Below, one piece after another: positions 1 to 13,177 of a stretch of DNA of 64,000 nucleotides; position 1 is the stretch's first letter, and each line of letters starts with the position of its first letter. A program made the translations under genes and the position numbers. Source of the DNA: Camelus dromedarius (lineage: Eukaryota); contig NC_087436.1 in NCBI RefSeq assembly GCF_036321535.1, forward strand, positions 40,302,001 through 40,366,000. Reading direction: 5' to 3'. The notes below the pieces were generated by a model. That model saw only the letters and a program-made list of their open reading frames with translations. It was not told where the DNA came from and made no database searches.

Positions 1-265
1 CATGGCGGCAGTCTTTGCTCCCTGGGGCAGGAGATTAGCAGTTATAGGGGGAATTAGCTTCAGGTTGGCTCATTGGTTACCAGGAAAACCAGCAGAGGGG
101 CATGCCTCTCACCATCCCTTTGATAAGAACCACCACCAGCTGGGGCCTGGGAAAGGTATGTAGAAAGATTAGTCTTGTGAGCAGGTGTAGGTGAAGCAGG
201 CACTGCTGGAGCAGGGGACATACCAAGAGCAAGAGGACAGCCATCTTGAGTGGCCTGACCATACA
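1..265 (-). mobile_element. ERV1-type LTR, cut by window edge; same family as 22720-23162
   Basis: Aligns by eye to 22894-23162 at roughly 85-90% identity. Ends ...CTGACCATACA, i.e. a TGTATGG start on the minus strand. Confidence 0.85.
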
Positions 266-2455
266 GAGCCATTCAAAATTTTTTCCAAAGCTTATACAAG
301 TTAAATAGAAAACTACAGAATTTATAATAAATCCAAGGATCCTAGATCTACTTTATTTATTTCTATATTTGTAGGCTCTTCAGATAGGAAGAAAAAAAAA
401 GGCAGAGTGATTAAGATCTGAGAATAACTTGTGTCTCCAAATATCATAGGAAATCAGGGGTTTTAGAAAGACTGGACAACATAGGGAGGGCTATCCACAA
501 AGTCCTGTGAAAATAAGTAGATGGGTTATTCTGTCATACTGTAGAAAGGATCCTTAACACTTTTATACAGTTGACCCTAACACTGATGTGACTACAATTA
601 TTTCCTTACATTTGGTGAATATCGTTAACCAAGAAATAGGAAATTTAAGTGTGTAAGAAAAATGGAAATCATAAACTGCCCATTGCTAAATCTCCAACTT
701 TTTCTAAACATTTGACAGAGCCTCATAACAAAAGCAGAATAAGACAGAATAAACTGGTGGCTTTCAGATTAAACAATTAGATGCCCACACCTAATCTTTA
801 AACACCAGGGGAGGAAGTCTTTTGATAAAGAAACCTATAGATGTTGTAAGCAAATAGGCTTTGCAGAAAGAATTGAACTATGCCGAAAGACAAAGAAACA
901 AATAAGGTGGTTCAAAAACAAAGAGGTCCCAAGAGGAGAACAATGATCTGATTCCCCATTTTACACTTAAACTCATAAGATGTTTCTGAAAATATTAAGG
1001 GGAAAACTTGCAAATTACATATTGATGGGATCACTCCTATACCAATCTTAAACTCTTTTTCATTTTACAAACTTTTGGTTATGGTCAGTAATCTACTAAT
1101 GTGATAGATATCTTTCAAAAGTTTTAGACATTTACACATCTCAGGCTGTAATTTTCACCTGCAAACTTTTAATCAAGGGAAATGCTTTCCTCCTTTGTGA
1201 CAGAACATTGGCTAATTTAGGAGAGAGAAATCACCTAAGAAGATGGAATTGCCAGACTGGATGGTACCCTGATGACTTCTTCCTTCAAATCTGAGGACTC
1301 TGTCATAGAGTAGAGGTTAATATGAATATTGATTTGCTGATATCTTTATATCTTAAAAAAATGAAGATCTCCAGGACCTACAGATCCATTAAGGGCCAAA
1401 TATTCTACTCATTTTGACAGAATTACTGAAGCAAAACCTCTCAAGATTCAGATGGACCCATTACAACCCCAATCAAGTTTTTGCAATACTGTCTAAAACA
1501 AATAGCTAAGGAAGTACTAAAATCATTAGCTGATGGCCTAAAGAGAGAGATGCCTCTTCACACCTTGTAGCAAGTCTTATGATACTCCTCTCCTTTCAGC
1601 CAAGAAAACCAATGGAAGAGAGGATAAATTTGTTCAGAACCTCAGGGCCATACATAAAATTGTCAATATTGACTTTTCTGTAGTACAGAATCCAAACACT
1701 ATTTTATCTTCAGGATCAGTTGAGGCTACACATTTTACAGCCGTAATAATGTGTTCTGCTTACTTTAAATGACCTTTTAGATCAAGGTCGTCCACACCTG
1801 TTCATTAGCTCCTGGGCAGTCACAATATATCTAGAATCTCAATCTCAGAAGTTGACTGAGGCACTCTTCTTTCTATAAACCATTAGTAAAAAACTCAAAC
1901 ATCCCCGTAATTTTATACTTATCCAGTATGTGGGTGATCAATGGTTATGTCTGAAGGATGAGCTAAGCTCTAAGATAAATTCCACTGATCTCTTTACTGT
2001 TTTATTTCAGAGAGAAAAAGTTTAACCAAAAATAGTTACCATTCCATGAAAGCAAAGTACATTACTTAGGACATGGTTTATCTGAAGAAGGTAGATTCTT
2101 CAATCTGGACAGACTACATGCCATGCAGAACTTTCCCAGGCCAATCATTTTGGTCAATCAAGGGTGTTTATGAGTTTTGTCTGCTGCAAGCAATAGTTTC
2201 TCAACTTCTCTGATATTTCCTCACTGATGAAACTACTTGGGGCTCAAAACATGAGCAAGCAATTTAAGACTTAAAATAAGCTCTTCAATAGCTTTCTTCC
2301 TTGCACCTATCTTATTATCAAATCTTTCTACCTATACACACATGAGCAATCTGGATGTTTGGTTTAACCTCACAGAAATCATCAGACCTGTAGGTTACTA
2401 ACATCTCTCTTGACCCAGTGTCCATAGCCAGTTAACGATGTTGAAGGACAAGAGC
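266..2455 (+). mobile_element. Ancient class I ERV internal remnant (gag-pro-pol), heavily decayed
   Basis: Manual translation: from 1578 YDTPLLSAKKTNGREDKFVQNLRAIHKIV..VVQNPNTILSS..EATHFTAVIMCSAYF (RT N-terminal motifs); 1921 IQYVGD (decayed YVDD); ~2054 KVHYLGHGLSEEG..DRLHAMQNFPRP; ~2388 PVGY..LDPV (tether). The gag/pro part upstream of ~1400 is much weaker. Confidence 0.85.
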
Positions 2456-4599
2456 ATGTTTATCTCCACAGGGTAGAGGTTAGGGACTGAGGTGTATGTT
2501 AACTCAAGATGATGATGTTGGGGGCTGCTTTTATCTCTTTCAGTGAGAACAACTTCTCAAGTTCACGTTGAAGAAGCATCTCATCTCTTAGGATTTTGAT
2601 CGTGCACCCTCATATATTCGTATATTAATAGTGCACTCAAAATGCCTTCTTGAAGAGTGATCAAATTGATATTTAAAATCATGCTTTGTAAACTAGTTCA
2701 CACATCTAAGGATTTCATATACTTTTTTGCAAAACAGTCATCAAACAGGAGACATAAGGCTGCCTAAGAGAAAAATTTGTGACAGCTTATGGTAGCAGTG
2801 GAAGTATTTTTTTTAATTTCAAATCATGGCATTTGCAGTATTCCAAGAAATACATTAGGTGATATAGAAGTAGTCAGAATATTTTTTTAAGTTTCTGATG
2901 ATCTCGATAGTCTTTTTTTCACACTTTGTGTTTTTATGTATACATAATGAACATTCATGCTACAAGCTCTGAATCACATACCTGCTGAAGGAAACTCTGA
3001 CAAGGTGATACATAACAACTGTTTACAGCAGCTTTAGATTAGGCCGAGAATATCATTTCCACATCATTGCTCTCAGCCAGCCAAAAATGGGGAAAATAAA
3101 TCAGCTTGCTTAATTTTAAAACCTCCAGTAATGCTCAAAGTGCTAAACAGCACCAGTTATACCTTTATTGAAGCCAGCTATACCTTAAAAAAAAAGAAAA
3201 AGCGTAGAGTGAAATTGTAAATGAACATTAAGAGCTTCTTTACTTACAATTTTTAAGAACTTTTCAATCATCTTGAATAACTTCATGGCGTTCTTAAAAA
3301 AATTTAAAGAGCTCTTACTTAGCACTGTAAATAGCAAATAATAATATTAGTAATGACAAAAGTCAATAAATGTAAAAGAGCAACTTTTTATAAGGGAAGG
3401 GAAAGATTCAGTATTCTAGCAATACTCTAATAAAGTAATCAGGATTCAGTAATGTATTTAAGAGAAAATGTTATCTTCTGAAACAGCCATTCCTTGTCAC
3501 AAAGAATTTTCAATATTATTTATATCAAAAATCGTAATAATATTTTAGAGACAAATCCTAGGTTACCCAAGTCCAGTGGAACAATTTATCAAATTTTGAG
3601 ACTGTCATGTGTACATGTAGTCATATAACATACAGTATTTCAAGCATATACCTTAACTAATATAGGTATCATTTTAATTTTAAAGAAACAATAAAACATA
3701 ACCATTATAGATTATAAACAATGTAAAACCATTTGTATTTTAATTTTTGAAAATTAGTATGTTCTTTTTAAAAACAAAAATAATTTGGTATATCTGTTAT
3801 GTAATTTCCTCCTGCTTTATATTTTTCTAGATTGAAATGTATACCATCAAAGCTATGTATCAACATGGAACATTTTCATACTTGTTAAATGAACAAAATT
3901 TTCAAATGCTAAACACAAAGTTTCTAGGCTTTTACATTCAATGGATATTAACAATCAAATTTTACTAAATATAATATGTAAACTTTCATCTAGAGATGAA
4001 ATATCTAATACTGTGACTGATCATATACAAACGCTGTTATTTCACAGTGGTTACAGTATTTACAAAAAAAGGAACTCAAGTAATGATGCAAGTTAGAATG
4101 CCTTTAGTTTGGGGAAGATTTTTGTTTTGTTTTTAAATTTGCTTTCTGTTTTCTACTTTGAAAAATTACCATAAAAATGGCAAAAAAAATCCTTAAAAAT
4201 GTTTCAAAAAATACCAGGAATGCTCAATAAGAAGTCCCAGACAAATAATCTCTGCACTTAACAATTTTATTGTTACTCGAATTAATTCTCCAATCATTAA
4301 ATGAATTTATAAAGAAGGGATGGACCAGATATGTTGTGATTCTGGTGGTAATTGTCTATTTTAGGATCTGATGATATTTCCACTGTAAATACCAATTTTG
4401 ATAGACTTATTTATCTTGTTACTTTATACAAGATTGGCTTTTTTATGATAAATGTGAGACTCTTTGTCCCAGATTTAATTAGTGCATTCTGATCTATTCT
4501 ACATGTTGTCATAAATTGTAGACTAATAGCCCCAAGAACAACCTGTTTATTACTTTGACAGGAATAAAACTATACTTAAGTCAATGCATATGGTTACCA

Positions 4600-5500
4600 G
4601 GAATTTAATATTCTCCTCTGAGACTATACATTATTTGAGACATTTCTTTTGGGGAAAGTAACTCAAGTGTATGTATTATTTCCTAGCTTGTTATGAAAGA
4701 GACATACTGATTCAGAAATTGGGAATTGTGACAAAAAATATTGGTGTCATGACACTATTGTGGGCCAAATATGATCTTGCAGGATATATTTTTTTAGCAA
4801 TGGTGGCAACAGTTGCAGTGGATAAAAGATATGCCTTCTATATTGATGGATCTACTGATGTTTCCAACAAATCTTGCTGGATTATTTATGCCTAGAATTG
4901 CAGTCATCAAAATGACTTTACTGGTGAGGTTATGGTATTAAAAACTGGCCAAGACTACAAATAAAAGATGATTTTTAAAAATATTGGACAGATTTATCCA
5001 AGGTGATACAGTGTTATCTAAGAATGATAGGTAAGAAGCTTTAAAGGAAAGGATACTACAGAGATGTGGCACCAGAATGGACTTGATTGTTCTTCATGCT
5101 TTAAACTTTAATTTGGGAATATCTTTATATGCATAAACAAAGACTGGTTAATAAAAATTGAATTCTCCTCTGAACAGAGCCAATATAAAGGTAAATGTTA
5201 TTAATTCCAAGATACTGAATTAACAATTAACATTTTAAATACTGTGTGAGAAAAAGAACTTATCTCACACCCAGCTTTTGCTTCATTCAGAAATGTGCGT
5301 TTCCTATGGGATATATATATATACATACTTAATTTGAAATCTTAAGTCGGACCATATATGATAGAAAGTAAATCTGATAAGCTTTTTGATTTTATAACAA
5401 GGACTGACTTGAAAATTTAAGAGCAAACACCTTCTATAAATTGAATAAGTAAAAGCTACAGTGTTTGTGGATCAAGGACAATAATTAACTAAAGAAAATA
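4600..5500 (+). mobile_element. hAT-superfamily DNA transposon fossil, transposase catalytic region
   Basis: ORF 4671-4895 ends in YAFYIDGSTDVSNKSCWIIYA, resembling the hAT first-catalytic-Asp motif F-x3-D-(E/G)-S-T-D-x-S...IY. A possible decayed HC-x-H-x-L-N-L motif lies near 5090-5120. Confidence 0.55.
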
Positions 5501-5517
5501 TGACAAACTGCAATTCA

Positions 5518-6543
5518 TGTCAGTTTAGGGGTAACTTGGTGGGCTTATATACCTACCAATAATGGTCCCAATGTTCCCCGAGGGCAGCTATAGAAAACTT
5601 TCAAGCACAGCCATACTGCAGTATAGTGGGGGATGACTATAACTCATATACTGTCATCCAGGGAAACTCAAAACTTGGATGTCCAAAATATATACCCTAA
5701 TTGTAATTGAGCAAGAATAATTCATTAGCAACATGCTTGATGGATAAATCAACAGAGGCCAAAGTGCCCTTAAAGAACCTTGAGTGTAACTGTCACAGGT
5801 CTCGTACTCCTATCGCGAATGAGGGAGTTTTTCTTTACTTAAGAGCGACATTCTGAGGAAAACAACTTATTATCACATACTGGTCATTCAGGAGGAATAT
5901 TATTTCAGAAGGGAGGGTAAGTATGACAAGCCACCTGAAAAATATCACAGCTTTAGAAAACTGGACAAAACACATGCAACAGATAGTCAGACCGCATGCT
6001 AAGGAAGAAAGGTATAAGCAAAAGAAGTTCAAGGATCTTGACAGCAGAAACACAAGAAATAAACCTATGGGAGACGTGCGATTGTTCTCGTCTACCAAAC
6101 ACACACATGGAAGATCCAAATACAAAGCATACTCTGAGCGAGGACACTTTCAGACCTCCCTAGGAATACCTGCATTTTCTTCCTCATGTTTTGCCTTCAT
6201 CTTTATTAAAACCTTATGTAAGTACACCCCGTGGAACCTTGGAAGCTGTTTTATGTAACTGGCCCCGTGCAACTGGAGCAGTCCTGGTTGCGCAGCTCTT
6301 CAGAGTCAGTTCTCAGGTCTGCACAGACCACATGCGAGGCTTAAACAGGGATGCAAAATAGACACTTTGGATAACCAGGCCTTAAAACTATGAACACTCC
6401 CCATTTATCTGTAATAACCCCAGGAAACATTGAAGGGAGGAAAAGGTAAAAATTCTCCCCACGTGCGTGTGGGCCTGGGGGAAATGGTCCGTTCCTCATT
6501 GTGCATTACCTAGAGATGTCCAAAAAGTACTGAGGGGAGGACA
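5518..6543 (+). mobile_element. Unidentified LTR-like insert
   Basis: TGTC...GACA ends, higher GC than the flanks, about 16 CpGs in 5801-6491, ATTAAA at 6205-6210. No convincing TSD. Confidence 0.4.
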
Positions 6544-6900
6544 TCCTAAGAAAAATGCTAGAGGATGATATCCCAAAGTTGAAGAAATTCAGTTTGAGGG
6601 GGGTTCTGTGGAATAATGACAAGGGTGAAAAACAAGCCAAAAATACCTTGATATACAATGACAAAATTTTAAAACAATGAGAATCCTAAAAAACTTTTGG
6701 TATTTGATGGAGGTTTGTATATATTTTAAAAACAACTTGCCAAAAAAGATAAATGTCATTGCAAATATTTGTATGGTCACTAGAGCATCCTCTGAGAGGT
6801 TTAAAACAATCTAATTTTCTGTATCTAAAAAAGTGGCTAAGTAAATTTTAGTAATCTGATATTATGGAAAATTGTATAACTATTTAAAAATAAAACTGAT
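6544..6900 (+). mobile_element. hAT transposase C-terminal dimerisation-domain remnant
   Basis: ~6737-6800 translates LPKKINVIANICMVTRASSER, resembling the hAT L-A-x-I-x-L...S-A-x-x-E-R motif. Confidence 0.45.
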
Positions 6901-7941
6901 AGATACTGATACAGAAGGAATTAAGAGACAAAATAGGTTAAAAGACATCATAGCACACAAAAATAAATGTATTGTTTCCACTTTATGTTTAAGAGGGTTA
7001 ATTTATTATGTATATGCATTGAAATACAAAGTCATATTTATATATTGTTTGAACTTTGAAGAACAAGGATATAATAATATTACAATGGTATAATAAAATT
7101 ATAAATATGGGTATGTTTAGCTCTCTATTGATATACAGAGAAATGCTAAAGTGTATATATGTGTGTGTATATATATATATGTATATATATTTTAATGTAT
7201 TTTCCCTGCTATTATTCTAGGTTAATACATATGATAAAGGAGATATCTATGTGTAGTAGGATTTTATTTGACTTTTACTTTATTCTTTATAGCTTTCTTT
7301 ATTGTTTAATTTTTGAAAGCCTGTATTCTATTTTTAATTATATGTATATAATTATATAATATATAATATATATATTTGTATTTTATTGTTTAAAGAAGCT
7401 CTGCTTTTTTCCGGAAAATCTTTAATTATATCCTAAAGGAAATACCAAAGTGTGTAGTTTCCAGTTAAAAATATTTCACTGTCCAGAAATATTTCAAAGG
7501 GTAGTCTTTATGATTGTTATCCATCATATCGTATCCCTGAATTTTTACTATTATTTTATTGCCTAACCATAAATTTATTGTTAACTTGCTTTAAAATTAA
7601 GGGTATGGCATCCTGTTCCTTTTTCTGAAAAAGTATAGATTAGGAATAAAGCTTGACTTCTATCAACTGCCTTTCAATATATTTTAAATTAGAATAAGTA
7701 AATAAATATATTTATTTGTACATATCCCAATGTAAAAAAGCACATGGTTATATACATATATATTTTATACATACATATAATTTTTATATTTTCTGTATAT
7801 ATTTATATAATTTTATATTTAATGCTACTAGGATATTAATTTCATAAAGCTCAATGAGGAAAAGACTTTGTTTTAATGAAGTTTTTTACTCCAATATCTC
7901 AAACAAGATCCAGTACATTCAGGCACTCAAAAACACACAGG

Positions 7942-8080
7942 AGTCGGGGAGTGGAAAGTACAAATTACTGGGTGTAAGACAGGCTCAGGGATGTATTGTA
8001 TAGCATAGAGAATATAGCCAGTAGTTTGTAATAACTGAAAATGGAATATAAACATTTAAAATTACATAAAGTTTTTAAAA
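7942..8080 (+). mobile_element. LINE-1 3' terminal fragment (artiodactyl-type tail)
   Basis: GTAAGACAGGCTCAGGGATGTATTGTATAGCATAGAGAATATAGCC...ATAACTG followed by an A-rich end. Confidence 0.7.
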
Positions 8081-8459
8081 ATATTAAATATAAATACATA
8101 TACTGAATGATCTGATTATCACTTTTATATGACTCTGGATTTGATTTCCTGATATTTCTAGTTTTTCCTTTAATTTGTATTATTAAATAATTGGAAGTTT
8201 TGGGACACCATCTTTGTCAAGTTTTATTTTTTAACTACACTAATCACATTAAATTGAGATACAGCATTTTTGTATCTTTTCTTTAGATTATATAGATTGA
8301 GAAAATAGTATTCTCTGAAACTTAGCAATTCTACCTATAGAACCTTGAGCTCTTTTCAAGGTTTTTTTTTTTTTTGCAAATAATAAAGATTTCTTGAGGT
8401 ATATTTGACATAAAATAAATGGCACATATTTACATTAGCTATTTGAGAACAGCATGGAC

Positions 8460-9220
8460 ATGGAAGATATACAAATAGGCAATAAGCACCTGAAAAGGTG
8501 AGATGTCACTTCACATCTATTAGGATAGCTGTTATCAGAAAAAGTAGAAAGCAACAAATGTTGGCAAGAATGTGGAGAAACTGGAACCCTTGTACCTTGC
8601 TGGAGGGAATTCTACATGGTACAGCTGCTATGAAAATCAACATGACGTTTCCTCTAAAAGTTGAAAATAGAATTACCATATGATCCAGCAATTTTCTTTT
8701 TGGGCCTACACCCAATTAATTGAAAGAAGGAACTCAAACAGATGTTTGTGCACCCATGTTCATAAGCAGCATTATTCACGATAGCCAAAAGGTGGAAGCT
8801 ACTTAAATGCTGATTGATGGATAAATGGATAAACAAAAATGTGGTATATAAATATAGTGGATTATTGTTCAGTTTTAAAAAGGAAGGAAAATCTGACACA
8901 TGCTAGAACACAGATGAACCTTGAAGACATTATGCTAACTGAAATAAGTTAGTCACAAAAGAACATATATTTTATGATTCCTCCTATATAAAGTACCTAG
9001 AGTAATCATATTCATAGAGCTAGAAAGTAGAATGATGGTTGCCAGTTCCTGATGGGGGACAGGGACTAAGGAGTTATTATTTAATGGTTTATTCGTTCAG
9101 TTTAGCAGGATGAAAAAAGTTCCAGAGATGGTTGCCTAACAAAGAGAATATAACTAATATCATAGAATTGTACACCAAAAATGATTTTAAAAGTACATTT
9201 TGTGATGTATATTTTGCCAG
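8460..9220 (+). mobile_element. Old LINE-1 (L1MB-like): ORF2 3' end plus 3' UTR
   Basis: ORF 8498-8683 (MRCHFTSIRIAVIRK...) is the L1 ORF2p C-terminus. Contains CACCCATGTTCATA..GCAGCATTATTCAC and ATGAACCTTGAAGACATTATGCTAA. Confidence 0.9.
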
Positions 9221-10189
9221 AGTTAATAAGAATAAATTATAAAGGAAAGAAATATTTCAACTATGCAGAAAAATATATATACATGCAATTTTATTAAATT
9301 TTAATTAAAACTTACTGTAAAAGCTATTTCACCTAAATTACCTATTGCTTTTGCATCTTCTTTTGAGGCATATTTTATTTTACCCATCAAAACCTATTTT
9401 TCACATTTATACATTTTCTGTCCTCATGATCTCTATTATGCAGGCAATATATGCTATTTCATATTTTAAGTCACTGTTTCACCATACAGTCCCTTGTCTT
9501 GTCTTGTCACACCAGCTCTATTATGCGCTCCCTACTAATGATGCTTAGTTTTGACACTTCTGTGTAAGCAAGTAGAAGTATATTGACGTGCATGGTACAT
9601 ACAAGGAAAGCAACTATGCATGCTTTCATTCTATACACCTCTATTACAAAACCTTTAGGATCGCCAAATTCCAAACCAAGCTACAATATTAAGTGGCATA
9701 TCTATAAGAGAGAAAGACTCAAACTATTTAAGATTATTTAGTGAATAAATAGTGACAGGCAGATGGTAGCATTTAGTAAAAGTTACCAGCTTTTGCATAA
9801 GAAGCTCTAATATCTTACCAAAATAATGGGAAAGGCACATGGAATGGTTGTATCCTATGTATAAATTTACCTAACCTTTAGTGGTTTTGTTTTTGCCATA
9901 ATTTCTTCTTCTGAGATTATTGTTTAGAAGTCCTTAAATCTGAATAATAACTGCCAACTACTTTCTAAAATAGCGATTGAGATCTATCATCACAGGAAAG
10001 AAAATTTTATGAGCCTTTTGGTAGCTTTCATTTTAATGTGTGCTTAATGTTGTATGCCCTAAGAGACAGATGTAAAGACAAAGAATTAACTCAAAGATCA
10101 TAAAATATAGACAGCAACTTTCAAGCACGTGGTACATCTCGCCCATTGATTGGATATTTTCATAATTCTTACTTCATTTTTAATTTTCA

Positions 10190-10290
10190 AATGGAGTATT
10201 ATTATCCTCCTTCTACAGATGTGGGATTAGAGACCCAGGATTAAATAAATTACCTAAAATCGCACAAGGCTTGCACTTCAGATTTGAAAT
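10190..10290 (-). mobile_element. MIR fragment
   Basis: TATTATTATCCTCCTTCTACAGATGTGG...GATTTGAA resembles the reverse complement of the MIR core. Confidence 0.55.
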
Positions 10291-11494
10291 AAAGTTTTTA
10301 AAAATGTTCTTGTTGCTCCTGGTTTTTACTAGTGCTACCTAGTTGCACTTTGTGCCACATTTACTTCTTCCACAGGCGCATCAGTGTGTGTATGTGGTGT
10401 GTGTATGTGAGTGTGTGTGCACATTCACAATAGCTCCTTTGAAGACAGTAGTACATAGGAATCCTGAAGTATTTCCTAGAAATTTCATACCCATAGATGA
10501 TCAGCAAAGGCAACATTCATCTTTAATTTTTTTCTTGAATGATGTATCTTACTTCCAATGTACCAGTTAGTCACTAGAAGCATGCCTTAACTTGGGAATA
10601 GTGATTCTTTTAAAAAAAAAAAGTATTTTTAATGTCAATAAGCAACATATAACATGCTTAGTATTCGCTTCATGTAACTTTTAATTTAGAAGTGAAAACT
10701 TATGTTCCCAAAGGAAATGGCTCACTTTCTGCACAAAGTATTACATTTTTGTGATTTACTGAGATATTAACATGGAAATGGTGATGTTAAACAATATTTT
10801 TGATAGCTCTAAAAGTGTAGTGGGAATCATGATTTCATAAGAAGAAAATTAGTTATGTAGGTAACATTATTGTATAATTTCCCTCAGGATCTCTACATCA
10901 GGATAGGTTTTATTATATCCTAAAACAAGTTGCCTACATTTGCTTTAGCTATAAAGTAATGCTGAATACAACAATATCATAAGGCAGCTCACAGTGCGAG
11001 CAAAGACATCTGTTAATGGTACCATGAATAGTTATGAACTGAGGTGCTCAAATGACTTTGCCAGCAAAGCATTGCCTCCTAATTTATTTTTATAGCAAAT
11101 GGAAGCCTCATTTTTTATGGTTGGGTAGTTTGCATTCAAATGTACCAATAACTTCAAATGCAATCAGTTCTACACAGCATGTTTTATTGTGGCGCATAAG
11201 ATGGAATTGCTAATGGTCCATCAATGGGTAGACATCTTCTCCATCAGCAGCTTTTTCTCATTCTTTATTTTTCTGTGTTTAAAATAATTTTTAAATACTA
11301 TGCCTTTATTTATAGCAAAATTTTAAACACTGATCTTATATGGAGATTTAATATAATTCCAAATTGTATAAATTTTGAAATAATATGTATATTTTCTCTC
11401 TTTGAACCCTGGAACTGTTTAATATAGATTCAATTATGCTATACCGAAACTTAGCTTTCAAAGGATTTTTACTTAGGAAAATGTATCTAATTCC

Positions 11495-11665
11495 TGTGTA
11501 CTGAATTCTTTATCCCTCAATTCACATGTTTAAGCCCTTACTCACAATGTGACTATATTTGGAGAGAGGACCTCTCAGGGAATAATTAAAGGTAAATGAT
11601 GTCATTAGGGTGGAACTCTAATCCAGTAGGATTAGTGTCCTTATATGAAGAGACACCAGAGAGTT
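11495..11665 (+). mobile_element. MaLR LTR 5' half (MLT1A/B-like)
   Basis: AATGTGACTATATTTGGAGAGAGG...ATTAGGGTGG..CTCTAATCCAGTAGGATTAGTGTCCTTATA..AAGAGACACCAGAGAG. Confidence 0.8.
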
Positions 11666-11667
11666 CA

Positions 11668-11912
11668 AAAGGTGTTGTATTTTGTCAAATGCTTTTTCTG
11701 CATCAGTTGCAATGAGCTACAGTTATTATCTTACTTTATTCTATTACTTGGTGTATTACATTGACTGATCTTTTTATGTTGAGACACCCTTGAATTCCTG
11801 ACATAAGTCCCACTTGGTAATGTTATGTAATGCTTTTAGTATGTTGCTGAATTTGGTTTGCTGTAGTTTAATTAAGGATATTTATATTCACAAGTAACAT
11901 TGGTTTATAGTT
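11668..11912 (-). mobile_element. LINE-1 ORF2 (RT region) fragment
   Basis: ATTTTGTCAAATGCTTTTTCTGCATC is the reverse complement of the DAEKAFDK codons. Homologous to 51500-51740. Confidence 0.85.
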
Positions 11913-12942
11913 TGTAAACAGAAGAGGAGAACATAAGAAGCTAATATCTGACAAAGTGCCCAATAGCATTAACATATGCTTTGGATTTAAAACTATAATT
12001 TCTGAGTAAATCATTTAGAATCAGACAAAAATAAAGGTGTTATCAAAAAAGGTTTTTAAAAAGAAAAAGATTTTGACTCACATTTACTCTCAGTGTGTCA
12101 CCAGTAGATACTGTCCACACCATCAAAATCAGATAATGGTCCACTCAATGCATAAGGTTACTTTCAGATAGAATTGTTGTCTTTTTTTTTTTTTTTTTCT
12201 GATGAGCCTTTCTTTTTCCCTTTCAGAGAAAACAGCCACTTATAAGAACCTTAAAATTGGTTGGGGTATGAAGGCAGGAACACCTTGGCTATATTTTTGG
12301 AGGAAAATCATTTTCTAGGGAGCAAATGTAAAAATTATCCTGTAAGCAGTGGATCCTAGGCAGCCTAGTATAACTTTTGCAACAATGTCATAAAGGGACC
12401 ACAAACCATATCTGTTTTTCTAAAATAGGCAAAGAACATAATTGGTAGTCCAGTCTAAAGTCTAAATCCTAAAAGGCTTTCATGTTGGGTACCTGATCAA
12501 AATTAAGTCAAATACTACGAACATCAATTTTCTATCACCAGCATGTGAACTGAAGATAGAAAATCTGACAGCAGCAAAATAGATCAAGGGCTAGGATAAT
12601 GATACTCCATTCACTCTTTCTTGAAAAGGTTAAACATTATAAGTAAAGCAAAGAAAAACACATTTTTAAAATCCAACTTTTTATACCATAAGTTAGGTTT
12701 AGAGGAAAACATGCCCCGTAAAATTACAGACAATGTTAAATTGAAGATTTTTTTTTTAAAATTAAGAACTCAGGAATCATGAATGGAAGATATGATTAAA
12801 AAATAAAAGTGTCCATGTTCCTATTTTTAGTTAATTAATCTTTGTATATTGTACATCTCATAATTGTCAAGCTACTTGACAGCACACTGAATGACCTAGA
12901 AGTCACTAAAAGCAATACACAGTACTTGGTTCTCAGCAGCAT

Positions 12943-13177
12943 TCAGACCTGCAGACCGCTGTAGACCATGCCCTGATTCTTGAGGGTTTTTTCTCCTCCT
13001 TTTGGATGTTTTTGATAGAAGATATGGAGGAACATAATGCTAACATTTCCAGCTCTATTATCTGTTGAGTTTTCTGGCAAAACTGGTATCTTGATATCTT
13101 TGTATATTCTGTTCTGCAATACTGTATTTCTAGCTGGGAACTTTACTTCAAATACTTTGGCAGAAATGAAATTGAAA
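12943..13177 (-). other. Candidate exon (possible terminal coding segment) of an unidentified gene
   Basis: Acceptor ttatttcAG, then 77 open codons FNFISAKVFEVKF...GMVYSGLQV and TGA, in the phase left by the 13593-13692 candidate. A second frame is also open for ~69 codons. Confidence 0.3.

Noticed and set aside
60..272. Paralogous small ORFs with a signal-peptide-like start (also 22956-23159)
   Set aside because: The similarity simply reflects two copies of one LTR family.
3984..4001. Short inverted repeats (TTTCATCT-AG-AGATGAAA; also TGTCAAG-CTA-CTTGACA near 12866)
   Set aside because: Stems of 7-8 bp are expected by chance in 64 kb of AT-rich DNA.
7150..7390. Hydrophobic ORFs in TA-rich low-complexity DNA (also 48264-48470, 50738-50920)
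   Set aside because: Compositional artefacts of simple repeats and T-rich strands.
12181..12275. Strong plus-strand splice acceptor after a T tract
   Set aside because: The downstream donor is weak and there is no supporting partner exon. Poly(T) tracts mimic acceptors.
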